Shown here: positions 1 through 8,589 of the stretch, piece after piece
How positions within the stretch are numbered: position 1 is the first letter of the stretch
Layout of the letters: every line of letters starts with the position of its first letter
Virus record (IMG/VR): IMGVR_UViG_3300033442_000004
Coordinates: 56,773 to 120,772 of that record
Strand: one strand, 5' to 3'
Source of the DNA: a virus
Length of the DNA stretch: 64,000 bases
Made by a program: the position numbers and the translations under genes
Notes under the pieces: model-generated
What the model saw: only the letters and a program-made list of their open reading frames with translations
What the model was told of the DNA's origin: nothing
The model's database searches: none

Positions 1-748
1 CCTGCGATTTTCGGAGTTGAGCCAGAGCGGCACCGATCCTCGAATCAGCACCGGCGCCCTTCTTATAGCTATTGACATCTTCATCCAACGCCCCGCCGGA
101 AAGCCGAGTAGCAATGCCCTTCTTGTTGTTTTCACGCAGGTAGTGACCGAAACTGCGAAGAGCAGTTGCATACATCCTGCCGGTACTTGTCGCTGTTTCT
201 TTTTTGTACTCGTTGATGAGATCCGCGTCCTGAGGGTGAGGATTTAGCTCAGTGCGGGCTGTGACCGTCACTCCGCCCGTCGACTGGAAGGTCCGGAGAT
301 GGTTCAATGCCGCAAGGATATTCGAGGGACGCCTCTTTTCGAACTCGCGTGCATCATGGGTCAGCGACGGGTCGTTGAGCCGAGCAACAATGCTCGTTTT
401 GTTATTTGCGAGGAGCCAGCCGCCAAAGCTGCGAAGTGAAGTTAGATAGTCCCCAGCGTTGCGGTGGGTGGGGTTGCCGATAAGGGCCTTCTCAAGCCCC
501 GAAATAAGGCGAGCGTCCTCGGAATAAAGGAGATGCTTGCCCTGCCGTCCTATCAAAACCCAAGTTGACTGAGCCGACTGCAGCGCCGAGGCGGCCGGCA
601 TTGCTCCACCACCTCCATCTGAGTTGGCGATCTCGCTCAATTGCCGCTCAAAGGTCGCCGCGGCTGCGGACGGAGCCGCGGGTGAGCTCTCTTGCGGGCC
701 CGTGCTGTCCGATTGTTCATGCACCGACTTGGTCGAGGGGAAATCCAT
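1..748 (-). CDS. Probable type III effector, N-terminal part (NopD/Bel2-5-like repeat effector); runs off the left edge
   Basis: Not in the ORF track. Translated by hand from ATG at 748 (MDFPSTKSVHEQSDSTGPQESSP...), open to position 1. Two internal repeats (YLTSLRSFGGWLLANNKTSIVARL / YATALRSFGHYLRENNKKGIATRL) resemble Bradyrhizobium Ulp1-type effectors; tts box upstream. Confidence 0.7.
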   Translation of the reverse strand, partial: MDFPSTKSVHEQSDSTGPQESSPAAPSAAAATFERQLSEIANSDGGGGAMPAASALQSAQSTWVLIGRQGKHLLYSEDARLISGLEKALIGNPTHRNAGDYLTSLRSFGGWLLANNKTSIVARLNDPSLTHDAREFEKRRPSNILAALNHLRTFQSTGGVTVTARTELNPHPQDADLINEYKKETATSTGRMYATALRSFGHYLRENNKKGIATRLSGGALDEDVNSYKKGAGADSRIGAALAQLRKSQ

Positions 749-906
749 CCGTTCTCACCTTCAAAATATGAACATGGGCTTCGATCTGACATGCTGGGAA
801 TCAGCAACAAACCACCCTTTACGGCCCTCGACAGGCGCGCACCGTGAGCATCGGCAGCCGATGTTTTTGCAAGGCGACCAGCCCTGTATGTTTTGTTAAA
901 TGGGGA

Positions 907-926
907 AGCTGTCGAGAACCTGATGA
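907..926 (-). promoter_or_regulatory. tts box (TtsI-binding site)
   Basis: Minus strand reads TCATCAGGTTCTCGACAGCT versus consensus tcGTCAGcTTntcGaaAGct; about 160 bp upstream of the effector-like gene. Confidence 0.75.
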
Positions 927-1414
927 CGACAATTGCCGCGCCAAGACAGCATGGTGCATGTGCCTGCGCGCTTCGCCGTCAACAGCCGAGAGACCGAAGA
1001 TACCGAAGATTCAGAGACAAAATACTGCTTCTCATCGGTGAGGCGTACGGCCAGCTTTCGCGGCTCCAGCCAACGTCTTGACAGGATGCGCTGAACGCGC
1101 GAGGCAAAAATCGAAACGCAACCACTTTTGGTGCCTTACAATTCAGTATTGATCTTAAGACGCCTATTGCTGAATCGGCTTGCAAATTTTGGACGCCGAT
1201 CCCCCGGCTTAGGGGGGCAGAATTGCAGAATGACACCCACGTCACCCCAATAGACGAACCATTCACCTGGTCGGTGCTCGTCGTTGTCCCGGCGTCGGGT
1301 AAGCTGGGTCAATTGGGACGAACCTGTGGTTTCTGACACTCGGTGCGGGGTGGAGCGCTTCGCGCTCAGTCCATACCGTAACAGGGCGGCTGGCCTTACC
1401 GGGATTTGTAAGGG

Positions 1415-1514
1415 ACCACCGGCATCTGGTGCCGCGGCATCTCGTGCCGGTACCACCGGCATCTGGTGCCGGTACCACCGGAATCTCCTGCCGGTACCAC
1501 CGGCACCAGGTGCC
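1415..1514. repeat. Tandem ~22-bp repeats with palindromic core CGGCA-N5-TGCCG (5 copies, some degenerate)
   Basis: accaccggcatctggtgccg / cggcatctcgtgccggt / accaccggcatctggtgccggt / accaccggaatctcctgccggt / accaccggcaccaggtgcc. Confidence 0.9.
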
Positions 1515-1620
1515 TACTAACCTATCAAGAAACAACACTGAACCAACATTGAACCCAAAGAGGGTTTGCCGACCTTCGCGCTCGGCGGGTTCCAGCGTTT
1601 GCATTCCATTTGCAGAGGGC

Positions 1621-1675
1621 TTGACGGAAACTGCATATGGGGGTATCTACTGCGCTACGTTAGCATTCGTGCAAA
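1621..1675 (+). promoter_or_regulatory. Sigma70-like promoter followed by a degenerate operator palindrome
   Basis: TTGACG-N17-TATCTA, then TTAGCATTCGTGCAAA at 1660-1675, ahead of the rightward phage gene run. Confidence 0.5.
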
Positions 1676-1746
1676 CGGCCATCATCAAGCCCCCAACCCA
1701 GCCAGCCGGTTCCCGCCGGACTGGCCGGCGCGGGCAGAGGAACCCA

Positions 1747-1875
1747 ATGACCCTCACGGACCTGCAATTCGTGGCGGCACTCGGCGTGCTCACCATGAAA
1801 TTGCTCGTCCTGACCTTCGGGGCGCTCGCCATCACCTCGATGGCGTTTGTGATCACCGCCGTCTGCAAACGCTGA
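1747..1875 (+). CDS. Small hydrophobic phage protein
   Basis: GAGG upstream of ATG; 42-aa hydrophobic ORF. Confidence 0.5.
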   Translation: MTLTDLQFVAALGVLTMKLLVLTFGALAITSMAFVITAVCKR

Positions 1876-1938
1876 CACCAAGTTACCCAGAGCCCGGTCT
1901 CGCCCACGGCAGACCGGGGCACCCTTTCCGGAGCGACC

Positions 1939-2232
1939 ATGCCTCGCAGACGCCGACGCCAGGAAGAAGATCTCGTTCATGCCGCCGTCGAGGCGTTGGA
2001 GGATGAGATCCGATGCTGGCAGCAGCGGGAGAGGCCGTATTCCGGCGACATGGTCACGCTGACGCGCTGGCCGCTCAGCCGCATTGCTGGACCAATCGGT
2101 CCTGCCGAGGTCGACGCTCAGGCGATGCAGACCATCGAGCACATCGATCTTCAGAAAAACGAGGTTCCGTTCTTCCTCCGCTATCGCGGCATGGAGGCGG
2201 CGATCAAGAAGATCCGCGAGCTGGAAGCATGA
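1939..2232 (+). CDS. Hypothetical phage protein
   Basis: GGAG RBS; stop overlaps the next start (ATGA). Confidence 0.65.
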   Translation: MPRRRRRQEEDLVHAAVEALEDEIRCWQQRERPYSGDMVTLTRWPLSRIAGPIGPAEVDAQAMQTIEHIDLQKNEVPFFLRYRGMEAAIKKIRELEA

Positions 2233-2477
2233 AGCAGCTCGGTGACATCCTGCTGGGCCTCGGGCTCGGCCTCACGATCGCGGCCCTGATCGCCAACAAC
2301 TGGCGGCGGTCGAAGCCTCGCGTCCATGGCTGGAGCGAAGCCGACGCCGAGCTGCTGACGATGCCGGCGCACGAGCGCCTGGCCCGGCAGCTCGCCGTCC
2401 GGGCAGGCGCCCCCGAGTTCATGTGGCGGCGGTACACGCCGCTCGCCGTTTCGATCATCCTGAGGAAGCCGTCATGA
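2229..2477 (+). CDS. Hypothetical membrane protein
   Basis: Start MKQLGDIL with ATGA coupling; N-terminal TM segment. Confidence 0.6.
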   Translation: MKQLGDILLGLGLGLTIAALIANNWRRSKPRVHGWSEADAELLTMPAHERLARQLAVRAGAPEFMWRRYTPLAVSIILRKPS

Positions 2478-2608
2478 GCCGTCGTCGCCAGCTGCAGATC
2501 ATCCGCGATCAGATCCACGCCGAGATGCGGGACGGCCTGACGCAGACCATGCTGATCGCCTTCCTGGTGATCGCCGCGATCGACGTCATCGCCCGGAACA
2601 TCCACTGA
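2474..2608 (+). CDS. Small membrane protein
   Basis: Coupled ORF MSRRRQLQ... with C-terminal hydrophobic helix. Confidence 0.5.
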   Translation: MSRRRQLQIIRDQIHAEMRDGLTQTMLIAFLVIAAIDVIARNIH

Positions 2609-2943
2609 TGGCGCGGACTGGCAATTACCAGATCCCGTTCGACGAGGCCGGTAACCAGCTCCATTACCCGGAGGTCTGGACCTTCGTGAACGGCAAGCGC
2701 GGCGACGTCGTCTGGCGCGACAACGTGCCGTTCCAGGCCAAGCTGACCTACACCGGCTTCAACCGCGGCCGGTCGGCGGCCTACCTCGACTTCACCGACG
2801 AGAACGGCAAGTCGGTCACCTTCTTCATGAAGGACTTCGACAAGCTCGTCCCGCACCTGAGCGGGGGCGCCGTCACCGGCACATTCATCTTCGTCAAGCG
2901 CGGCCAGAACTACGGCTGCCAGCTGATCGAGCCCGTCGCGTGA
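2608..2943 (+). CDS. Hypothetical phage protein
   Basis: High GC3 codon usage; TGATG coupling. Confidence 0.7.
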   Translation: MARTGNYQIPFDEAGNQLHYPEVWTFVNGKRGDVVWRDNVPFQAKLTYTGFNRGRSAAYLDFTDENGKSVTFFMKDFDKLVPHLSGGAVTGTFIFVKRGQNYGCQLIEPVA

Positions 2944-3135
2944 GCGTCGGCCAGGGCAAGGCGCTTCGCGCTCACCAGCACAAGATGAACCGCAAGCAGG
3001 ACATCTCCGATCGCCGCGGTCGCGAGTTGCAGGAGCGCGTCGAGCAGCGCCGCATGGCGAGGCAGCTCCGCAAACCAGTTTCCAAGAGCCCGTGATCTGC
3101 TCCGAGCAGCACGGGTCCACCCTTCAGAGAGAACC

Positions 3136-3318
3136 ATGCCCGCCAAGAAGAAGACCGCCGAGAAGTCCGCAGCCGTCATCACGGTCAAGGACGCGCCCGA
3201 GATGACCAAGCGCGGCCGGCGCCAGGTCGCCGAGTGGATGCGCAAGCAGGCCGACTTCCTGGAGTTCGAGGGCAAGGCGTTCTCGAAGCGCTTCACCGCG
3301 CGCTACCTCTATCGCTGA
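3136..3318 (+). CDS. Small basic hypothetical protein
   Basis: GC3-biased ORF, coupled to a downstream start. Confidence 0.6.
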   Translation: MPAKKKTAEKSAAVITVKDAPEMTKRGRRQVAEWMRKQADFLEFEGKAFSKRFTARYLYR

Positions 3319-3336
3319 TGGCCAGCGATACCTGCG

Positions 3337-3726
3337 ATGCCTGCGGCAAAACGGAAGAAGGCGTCGCCTGGTTCGCAGCAGCCTTTCGAAAGGTACGGCT
3401 TAAAAAAGATAAGCCTGATCCCGGAAACCTCTGCGGAGGATGCGCCGGCTCCATCACCGGAAAAGAAATCGGTGCCGAAGTCTCCGGCCGAGCCAAGGCC
3501 TGATCCGATCTCGACCAGCCCGTTCGCGTTGCAAGCCTACGAGCTGATCAAGGTTCTGGATCCGCTCGTCGGTGTGGCCGAGGCGACCTTCTTCATGAAC
3601 CGCAGCAACGAAATGCTCGGCGGCATCACCCCGGTGACCGCGATCAAGCAAGGCCGGCTCGACGACGTCAAGCGCGCCGTGCGCGCGGTCGCAGCAGAGA
3701 AGGGCGTCTTCCAGACGCCGTTGTGA
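3337..3726 (+). CDS. Xre/MbcA/ParS antitoxin C-terminal (DUF2384-like) domain protein
   Basis: FFMNRSNEMLGGITPVTAIKQGRLDDV resembles the W..xPN..LGG.TP...L motif; start uncertain. Confidence 0.55.
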   Translation: MPAAKRKKASPGSQQPFERYGLKKISLIPETSAEDAPAPSPEKKSVPKSPAEPRPDPISTSPFALQAYELIKVLDPLVGVAEATFFMNRSNEMLGGITPVTAIKQGRLDDVKRAVRAVAAEKGVFQTPL

Positions 3727-3843
3727 TGAAGACCAAAACCCGGAAGCCGGCGAAGCGGTATCGACCGCTCGCTTGCGGCTGCTGCGACAGCATCGACTGT
3801 CGCGAAACCATCAACCATCAAATCGAGTGGCGCGAGGCACAAG

Positions 3844-4110
3844 ATGAGCTTGCAGACGATCACCCCGTGGTGCGCCGTAGTTGCGGCGAGCGAGACGATC
3901 GCTATGCAGTACATGGACGCCTTCAAGCTCTCGTCCGAGATCTGGGATGCGCGCCAGCACGACACGGCGCTCGGCGCCCAGTACGAGCACATCGTGCTGA
4001 TCCGGCCGCACTGGCGCATGGCGCCCGCCGAGGTCGCCCACTTCGAAAGGAACGTCCTGCCGATGTGGCTGACCCGCCTGTCGCCGAACGGCAAACTGAA
4101 AGTCATCTGA
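3844..4110 (+). CDS. Hypothetical protein (paralog of 5989-6252)
   Basis: ORF; visible similarity to 5989-6252. Confidence 0.65.
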   Translation: MSLQTITPWCAVVAASETIAMQYMDAFKLSSEIWDARQHDTALGAQYEHIVLIRPHWRMAPAEVAHFERNVLPMWLTRLSPNGKLKVI

Positions 4111-4117
4111 GGACATC

Positions 4118-4650
4118 ATGGACGCCGCCGAAGTCACCGACCACAAGCCAGTTTCGATCTGGAACAAACTCAACCCGCTATGGTGGCTCGTCGGCGATGA
4201 CGGCTGGAACGTGCCGGACGTCAACAACGGCGCGCCGTACCTGCCGGAGGTGACCAACATCTGGCTGCGGCGCTTCTACTGGTTCATCTGCCGCAACCCG
4301 CTGATGAACTTCGTCGGCTACGTGCTCGGCGTCGAGGACAAGAACTACTGGGTCTACGGCTCGGACCAGGTGCTGCGCACCACCGGCCGCGACTGCACCC
4401 CGCAGGCCTTCGGCTTCCGCTGGGCGGTGCTCGACCCGGGCGTCTCGTTCGGCGCCATCGCGGTCACGCTGATCGCCGCCGCGCTCGCATGGTTCATCCA
4501 TCCGGCGTTCGCCGTGGTCCTCCCAATCTCGCTGTTCAAGGCGGCCGGTCTCTTGTCAACTACTGGAACGGCTCTCTCGAGTTTTACCTGGGCTGGCGGC
4601 CGGCAAGCGGCGGCTTCGGCACCAAGATCATTTTCACGGAAAGCACATGA
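4118..4650 (+). pseudogene. Frameshifted membrane protein
   Basis: Plausible coding frame to ...FKAAGL (~4553). It continues in another frame as VNYWNGSLEFYLGWRPASGGFGTKIIFTEST*, ending at a TGA that overlaps the next ATG. Confidence 0.6.
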
Positions 4651-4802
4651 TCATCGAAGCCATCATCCTCGGCGTCGCTCTCTACGCCGGCCTCTCCTCG
4701 ATCGGCGACGCCATCGACAATGTCGCGGTCGGCATCGAGCAGGCCTCGCTCAACCAGATGGCGTTCTTCCAGGACGACGAAGACGACGAGGAGGGCAAGT
4801 GA
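4647..4802 (+). CDS. Small membrane protein with acidic tail
   Basis: Hand-translated MIIEAIILGVALYAGLSSIGDA...DDEDDEEGK; coupled on both sides. Confidence 0.55.
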   Translation: MIIEAIILGVALYAGLSSIGDAIDNVAVGIEQASLNQMAFFQDDEDDEEGK

Positions 4803-4896
4803 TGCCGTTCCCGCTGTCCATCTTCCTGTTCAGCTACGTGATCTGGCAGGCCTCGATCGAGCGCGCCTTCACGTTCAACCCGGTCGAGCTGCGCCC

Positions 4897-5103
4897 GTGA
4901 CGATCACCCTCAATTCCTGGGCCATCCCGGTCTTCTTGACCGCGCTGCTCTGGCTCGCCGTCCAGCTCTGGCCGGTCTCCGAGAACAACGGCGGCTTCGG
5001 CTTCAGCCAGGCCTTCGACTATCTGCTCCACGCCGTTGTCGGCATCATCGCCACGCTGGTGATCTGGCTCGTTTATTTCGCCACGCGCTTCGCCATCGGC
5101 TGA
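4897..5103 (+). CDS. Small two-TM membrane protein
   Basis: GTG start coupled to the upstream stop; two hydrophobic helices. Confidence 0.6.
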   Translation: MTITLNSWAIPVFLTALLWLAVQLWPVSENNGGFGFSQAFDYLLHAVVGIIATLVIWLVYFATRFAIG

Positions 5104-5129
5104 GCCGGCGCGCACCAAAAGCCACGCCA

Positions 5130-5636
5130 ATGAAACTGCTGCAACTCGCCCTCGCGGGCGTGCTGATGCTGTGCGCCTTGTCGCCAGCGTCGGCCAAGGA
5201 CGTGCCGGTCCAGTTCGAGTCGGGCCACAACGTCACGTTCATCACGGATGATCCCGGCGGGGTCATCGTCGAGTTCGTCAAGAAATACTCCGACATGCGC
5301 GACGCCAGGACCAAGGTCATCCTGTCCGGTGAGTGCGTCTCGGCCTGCACCCTGATGCTCGGCCTGCTGCGGCCGGAGCTGGTGTGCGCAACGCCGGATG
5401 CCGTCCTCGGCTTCCACTCGGCGTCCGTCATCACGAGGGAAGAGGGCAAGCCCGACATCGTCGAGCACGGCTCCGAAATGTCGCTGCTGGTGTTCAACAC
5501 CTATCCCGCGAAGGTGCGGGCGTTCCTTGCCGCTCGCGGCTGGAGCGGCGCGAACGCGCACCCGGACATCATCTGGGTGAAGGGAAGGCAGCTCCGGAAG
5601 ATGATCCGGCCTTGCACCGCGGCGGACCTGTCATGA
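5130..5636 (+). CDS. Secreted ClpP/crotonase-like protein
   Basis: Signal peptide; DDPGG, GECVSAC and LGFH motifs. Confidence 0.6.
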   Translation: MKLLQLALAGVLMLCALSPASAKDVPVQFESGHNVTFITDDPGGVIVEFVKKYSDMRDARTKVILSGECVSACTLMLGLLRPELVCATPDAVLGFHSASVITREEGKPDIVEHGSEMSLLVFNTYPAKVRAFLAARGWSGANAHPDIIWVKGRQLRKMIRPCTAADLS

Positions 5637-5986
5637 CGCGGCGCCGGCTACCCGATCGGCGCAAACTGCCGTCCAAGATCATGATCGGCATCTTCGTTTA
5701 CACGCTGGTGCATTGGGACGCGGCCGAGGCTGAGGAGCAGGAATGCCTGGGCCTCTGCAATCGACTGAACTTCATCATCTACGTGCGTGACGACCTTCCG
5801 GACTCGAGCTTCGCCGAAGTGCTGGAGCACGAGATCAATCACGCCTGCTGGCACGCTGCTTCGCTGAAGAGCCGAGCCGCAGAAGAGACGGTCGTGAACC
5901 GGCTGACGCCGATCATGATCATGGCTCGCCGGGACAATCCAGAAATCTACGCCTGGATCGACCGGGCGATCGCCCAGAAAGAATAG
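5633..5986 (+). CDS. Putative zinc metallopeptidase (HExxH)
   Basis: LEHEINHA motif. Confidence 0.6.
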   Translation: MTRRRLPDRRKLPSKIMIGIFVYTLVHWDAAEAEEQECLGLCNRLNFIIYVRDDLPDSSFAEVLEHEINHACWHAASLKSRAAEETVVNRLTPIMIMARRDNPEIYAWIDRAIAQKE

Positions 5987-5988
5987 CC

Positions 5989-6252
5989 ATGCTCAACGCC
6001 ATGGTCGCGTCATCGAAGACGCATGCCGCAGCCATGATCCGTTGGCTCGGCCTCAAGCCTGAGGAGTGGGAGCCGATCGCCTATGGCGATCCGATCCACA
6101 AGATGTTCGCCAACGTGCGCCTCGTGCGCCCGAGCGAAGGCGTCGAACAGGCTCACACCGACTGGGTGCTGGAGAAGCTCGTTCCATACATCTGCATGAC
6201 CTGCACGACGGTGCCGCTGAACTGGCGCATCCCGCAGGAACACGTCAGCTAA
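5989..6252 (+). CDS. Hypothetical protein (paralog of 3844-4110)
   Basis: ORF in operon. Confidence 0.6.
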   Translation: MLNAMVASSKTHAAAMIRWLGLKPEEWEPIAYGDPIHKMFANVRLVRPSEGVEQAHTDWVLEKLVPYICMTCTTVPLNWRIPQEHVS

Positions 6253-6269
6253 AAACAAGAAAGAAAAAA

Positions 6270-8543
6270 ATGACGCGACGGATATCGCGCCCGCTCTGGG
6301 CCGCGATGCGGCTCCATGAGCACAATCAAAAGCGACGTGCCGAGCTTCTCGGTGGCGTCAGTCCTCTTCCCTTCATGGGGCCTGTTGCCCTCTCAAAGGC
6401 AGCGGCCGGCGCCGCCGACGCCTGGTGCTGGTTCCACGAGCCTCGTGCTCTGTCCGTGAACGGAAAGACGTTCTTCGGCACGAACGGTTCGGACGACAAC
6501 TCGGTCCTCACCGGTCGCACCACGCTTTACGAGGTCGACGAAGCGAGCGGCTCCGTCATCAGCAAGGTCATGCAGACCAGTACGATCGCGGCCTGGTGGG
6601 CCGACGACCACGACTATCCGACGATCGTTGTGCGTCCCGACGGACGACTGATCGTGTTCTATTTCCCGCACCGCGTGGCCGCGCCGATTTATTTCCGCAT
6701 CTCGGTTGGCGTCGGCACGATGGCGCAGGGCTGGTCGCAGGAATACAATCTCGGCAATACGTCCGCGCAAGCGACGTATCCGTCGCCGGTGATCCTGTCT
6801 GGCGAGAGCAACAAGCTCTATCTGTTCTACCGCAACGGCGCGAGTTCTGGTCCGTTGTCGCTGGTGACCTCATCCGACATTGCTACAGTCGCGCCTCCGA
6901 CCGTGGATGGAGGTCCGATTGGAGCTGCGCCGACGTGGGCCGCTGAAAGGCGCCTGGCGCAGAGTACCGGCACCCAGGGCATCTACCACAAGGTCACCTC
7001 GAACAACGTCGATCGCATCGATCTCCTGATGACCGACGCGGTCGGCCCGCAAGCAGGCACGAAGACCGACGTCCGCCATGCCTACTATCAGGGTGGCCAG
7101 TGGCGCTCTTCGAGCGGAACGGCGCTCGGCGACGGTTCGACCATGATCGGCTTCACGAACTTCACGCCTGTCGCAACGTCAGGCGCTCCGGACAATCTCG
7201 GCGATATGTGGTGCTCCCACATTCAGCGCCGGCAGAACGGCATCATCGAAGCCGTCTTCTGGAGGTTCGTCTCGACGAGCGACCACCGTTGTTACTACGC
7301 ACGCTGGAATGGCACCGCCTGGTCGAAGGTGGAAGTGGATGCCGGCCAAGGAATGGGAGTTCCGGACTCCCGCGGCGGGCAAATAACGGACGGCCAGGGC
7401 CTCACTGAAGGCTACTACAGTCCGGGTTCTTTCTTCGACACCGTCGAGGAAGGGGTTCTTTACATCTCGGTCGGCAACTCCGCCAACTCGCAGCTCTTCA
7501 GGTATCGCACCATCAATGGCGGCGCCTCGTGGACCCGCCAGCGGGTAAGCGATCTCACGCAGGAAAACGTGCGCCCGGTTGTGCCTGTCGGACGCGGCAG
7601 CAAGTACTCCGTACTGTGGTTGAAGGGCGACTACCACATGTACGACTTCAACACGAACCCCGCGACGACCAACATCGGCTACACGACGCGCGTCAATGCC
7701 GCGTCGCGAGCCTACTCGGTCGCCAGCGTGAAGCCGTCTAACATCTCGGTGCCGACGATCTCCGGATCGACGGGGACGGTGGGCAACACCCTTCAGGTCG
7801 CGCTCGGATCGTGGGTCGGCGACCTTCCGATGAAATACCCCGTTCAGTGGGTGAGGGGCGGGGTCGATATCCCGGGGGCGAACTCGGTTGGATATACGAT
7901 CCAGGCCGCTGATGTCGGACGAACCGACATCGTCTGTCGGGTAACCGCGACGAACGCTCAAGGATCGACCCCGGTCCTGTCGACGCCGGCATCGGTCCTG
8001 CCGACCAACCTGGTTTCGAAGTCTGACGCGCTGGGTAGCTGGACGCTGAATGCGACGACGCAGTCGCCGAACGTCACGCTCGATCCCGTCAACAACACGA
8101 TGACGGCCGATCGGATCGTCGAGCAGGCCTCGACCAACATCCACAGCGTGGCGTCGGCGAACATCAGCTTCGTCTCGGGAACGACCTACACGTTCTCGGT
8201 CTACGGAAAGTACGAGACGGCGCAGTTCGTTCAGCTGCTGTTCGGCAGCACGGCATTCGGCAGCACCGCGTACGCAAACTTCGACCTCCAGAACGGAACG
8301 GTACAGACCGTTGGCGCAGGTGTCACTGCCAGGGCCGTCCCCGCCGGCAACGGCTGGTATCGGCTGATCATCACGGCGCCGGCAACGGCGACCGCTGCGG
8401 CTGCTGTCGGCATCTACGGTTGCACGGCCGGCAACTCGGCTCGCGCGCAGAGCTACCTCGGCGCTGTCGCGAACACGCGGCTGCTGACCGACATCCAGGT
8501 CGAGACCGGCGTCAACGCCAACGCCTACGTTCCGACGCTGTAA
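6270..8543 (+). CDS. BNR-repeat beta-propeller protein with Ig-like and carbohydrate-binding C-terminal domains (possible depolymerase/RBP)
   Basis: AWCWFHEPRA, DDHDYP, TYPSP, LYLFYR, RTINGGASW and NVRP motifs typical of BNR_4-type proteins; C-terminal TNLVSKSD...TTYTFSVY...NGWYRL domain. Confidence 0.7.
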   Translation: MTRRISRPLWAAMRLHEHNQKRRAELLGGVSPLPFMGPVALSKAAAGAADAWCWFHEPRALSVNGKTFFGTNGSDDNSVLTGRTTLYEVDEASGSVISKVMQTSTIAAWWADDHDYPTIVVRPDGRLIVFYFPHRVAAPIYFRISVGVGTMAQGWSQEYNLGNTSAQATYPSPVILSGESNKLYLFYRNGASSGPLSLVTSSDIATVAPPTVDGGPIGAAPTWAAERRLAQSTGTQGIYHKVTSNNVDRIDLLMTDAVGPQAGTKTDVRHAYYQGGQWRSSSGTALGDGSTMIGFTNFTPVATSGAPDNLGDMWCSHIQRRQNGIIEAVFWRFVSTSDHRCYYARWNGTAWSKVEVDAGQGMGVPDSRGGQITDGQGLTEGYYSPGSFFDTVEEGVLYISVGNSANSQLFRYRTINGGASWTRQRVSDLTQENVRPVVPVGRGSKYSVLWLKGDYHMYDFNTNPATTNIGYTTRVNAASRAYSVASVKPSNISVPTISGSTGTVGNTLQVALGSWVGDLPMKYPVQWVRGGVDIPGANSVGYTIQAADVGRTDIVCRVTATNAQGSTPVLSTPASVLPTNLVSKSDALGSWTLNATTQSPNVTLDPVNNTMTADRIVEQASTNIHSVASANISFVSGTTYTFSVYGKYETAQFVQLLFGSTAFGSTAYANFDLQNGTVQTVGAGVTARAVPAGNGWYRLIITAPATATAAAAVGIYGCTAGNSARAQSYLGAVANTRLLTDIQVETGVNANAYVPTL

Positions 8544-8589
8544 TCACCATCCCCGGAGCACAGAACAGGGAGCAGGGACAATGAGCCCT

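Noticed and set aside
1415-1514. CRISPR array
   Set aside because: No unique spacers, period only about 22 bp, no cas genes.
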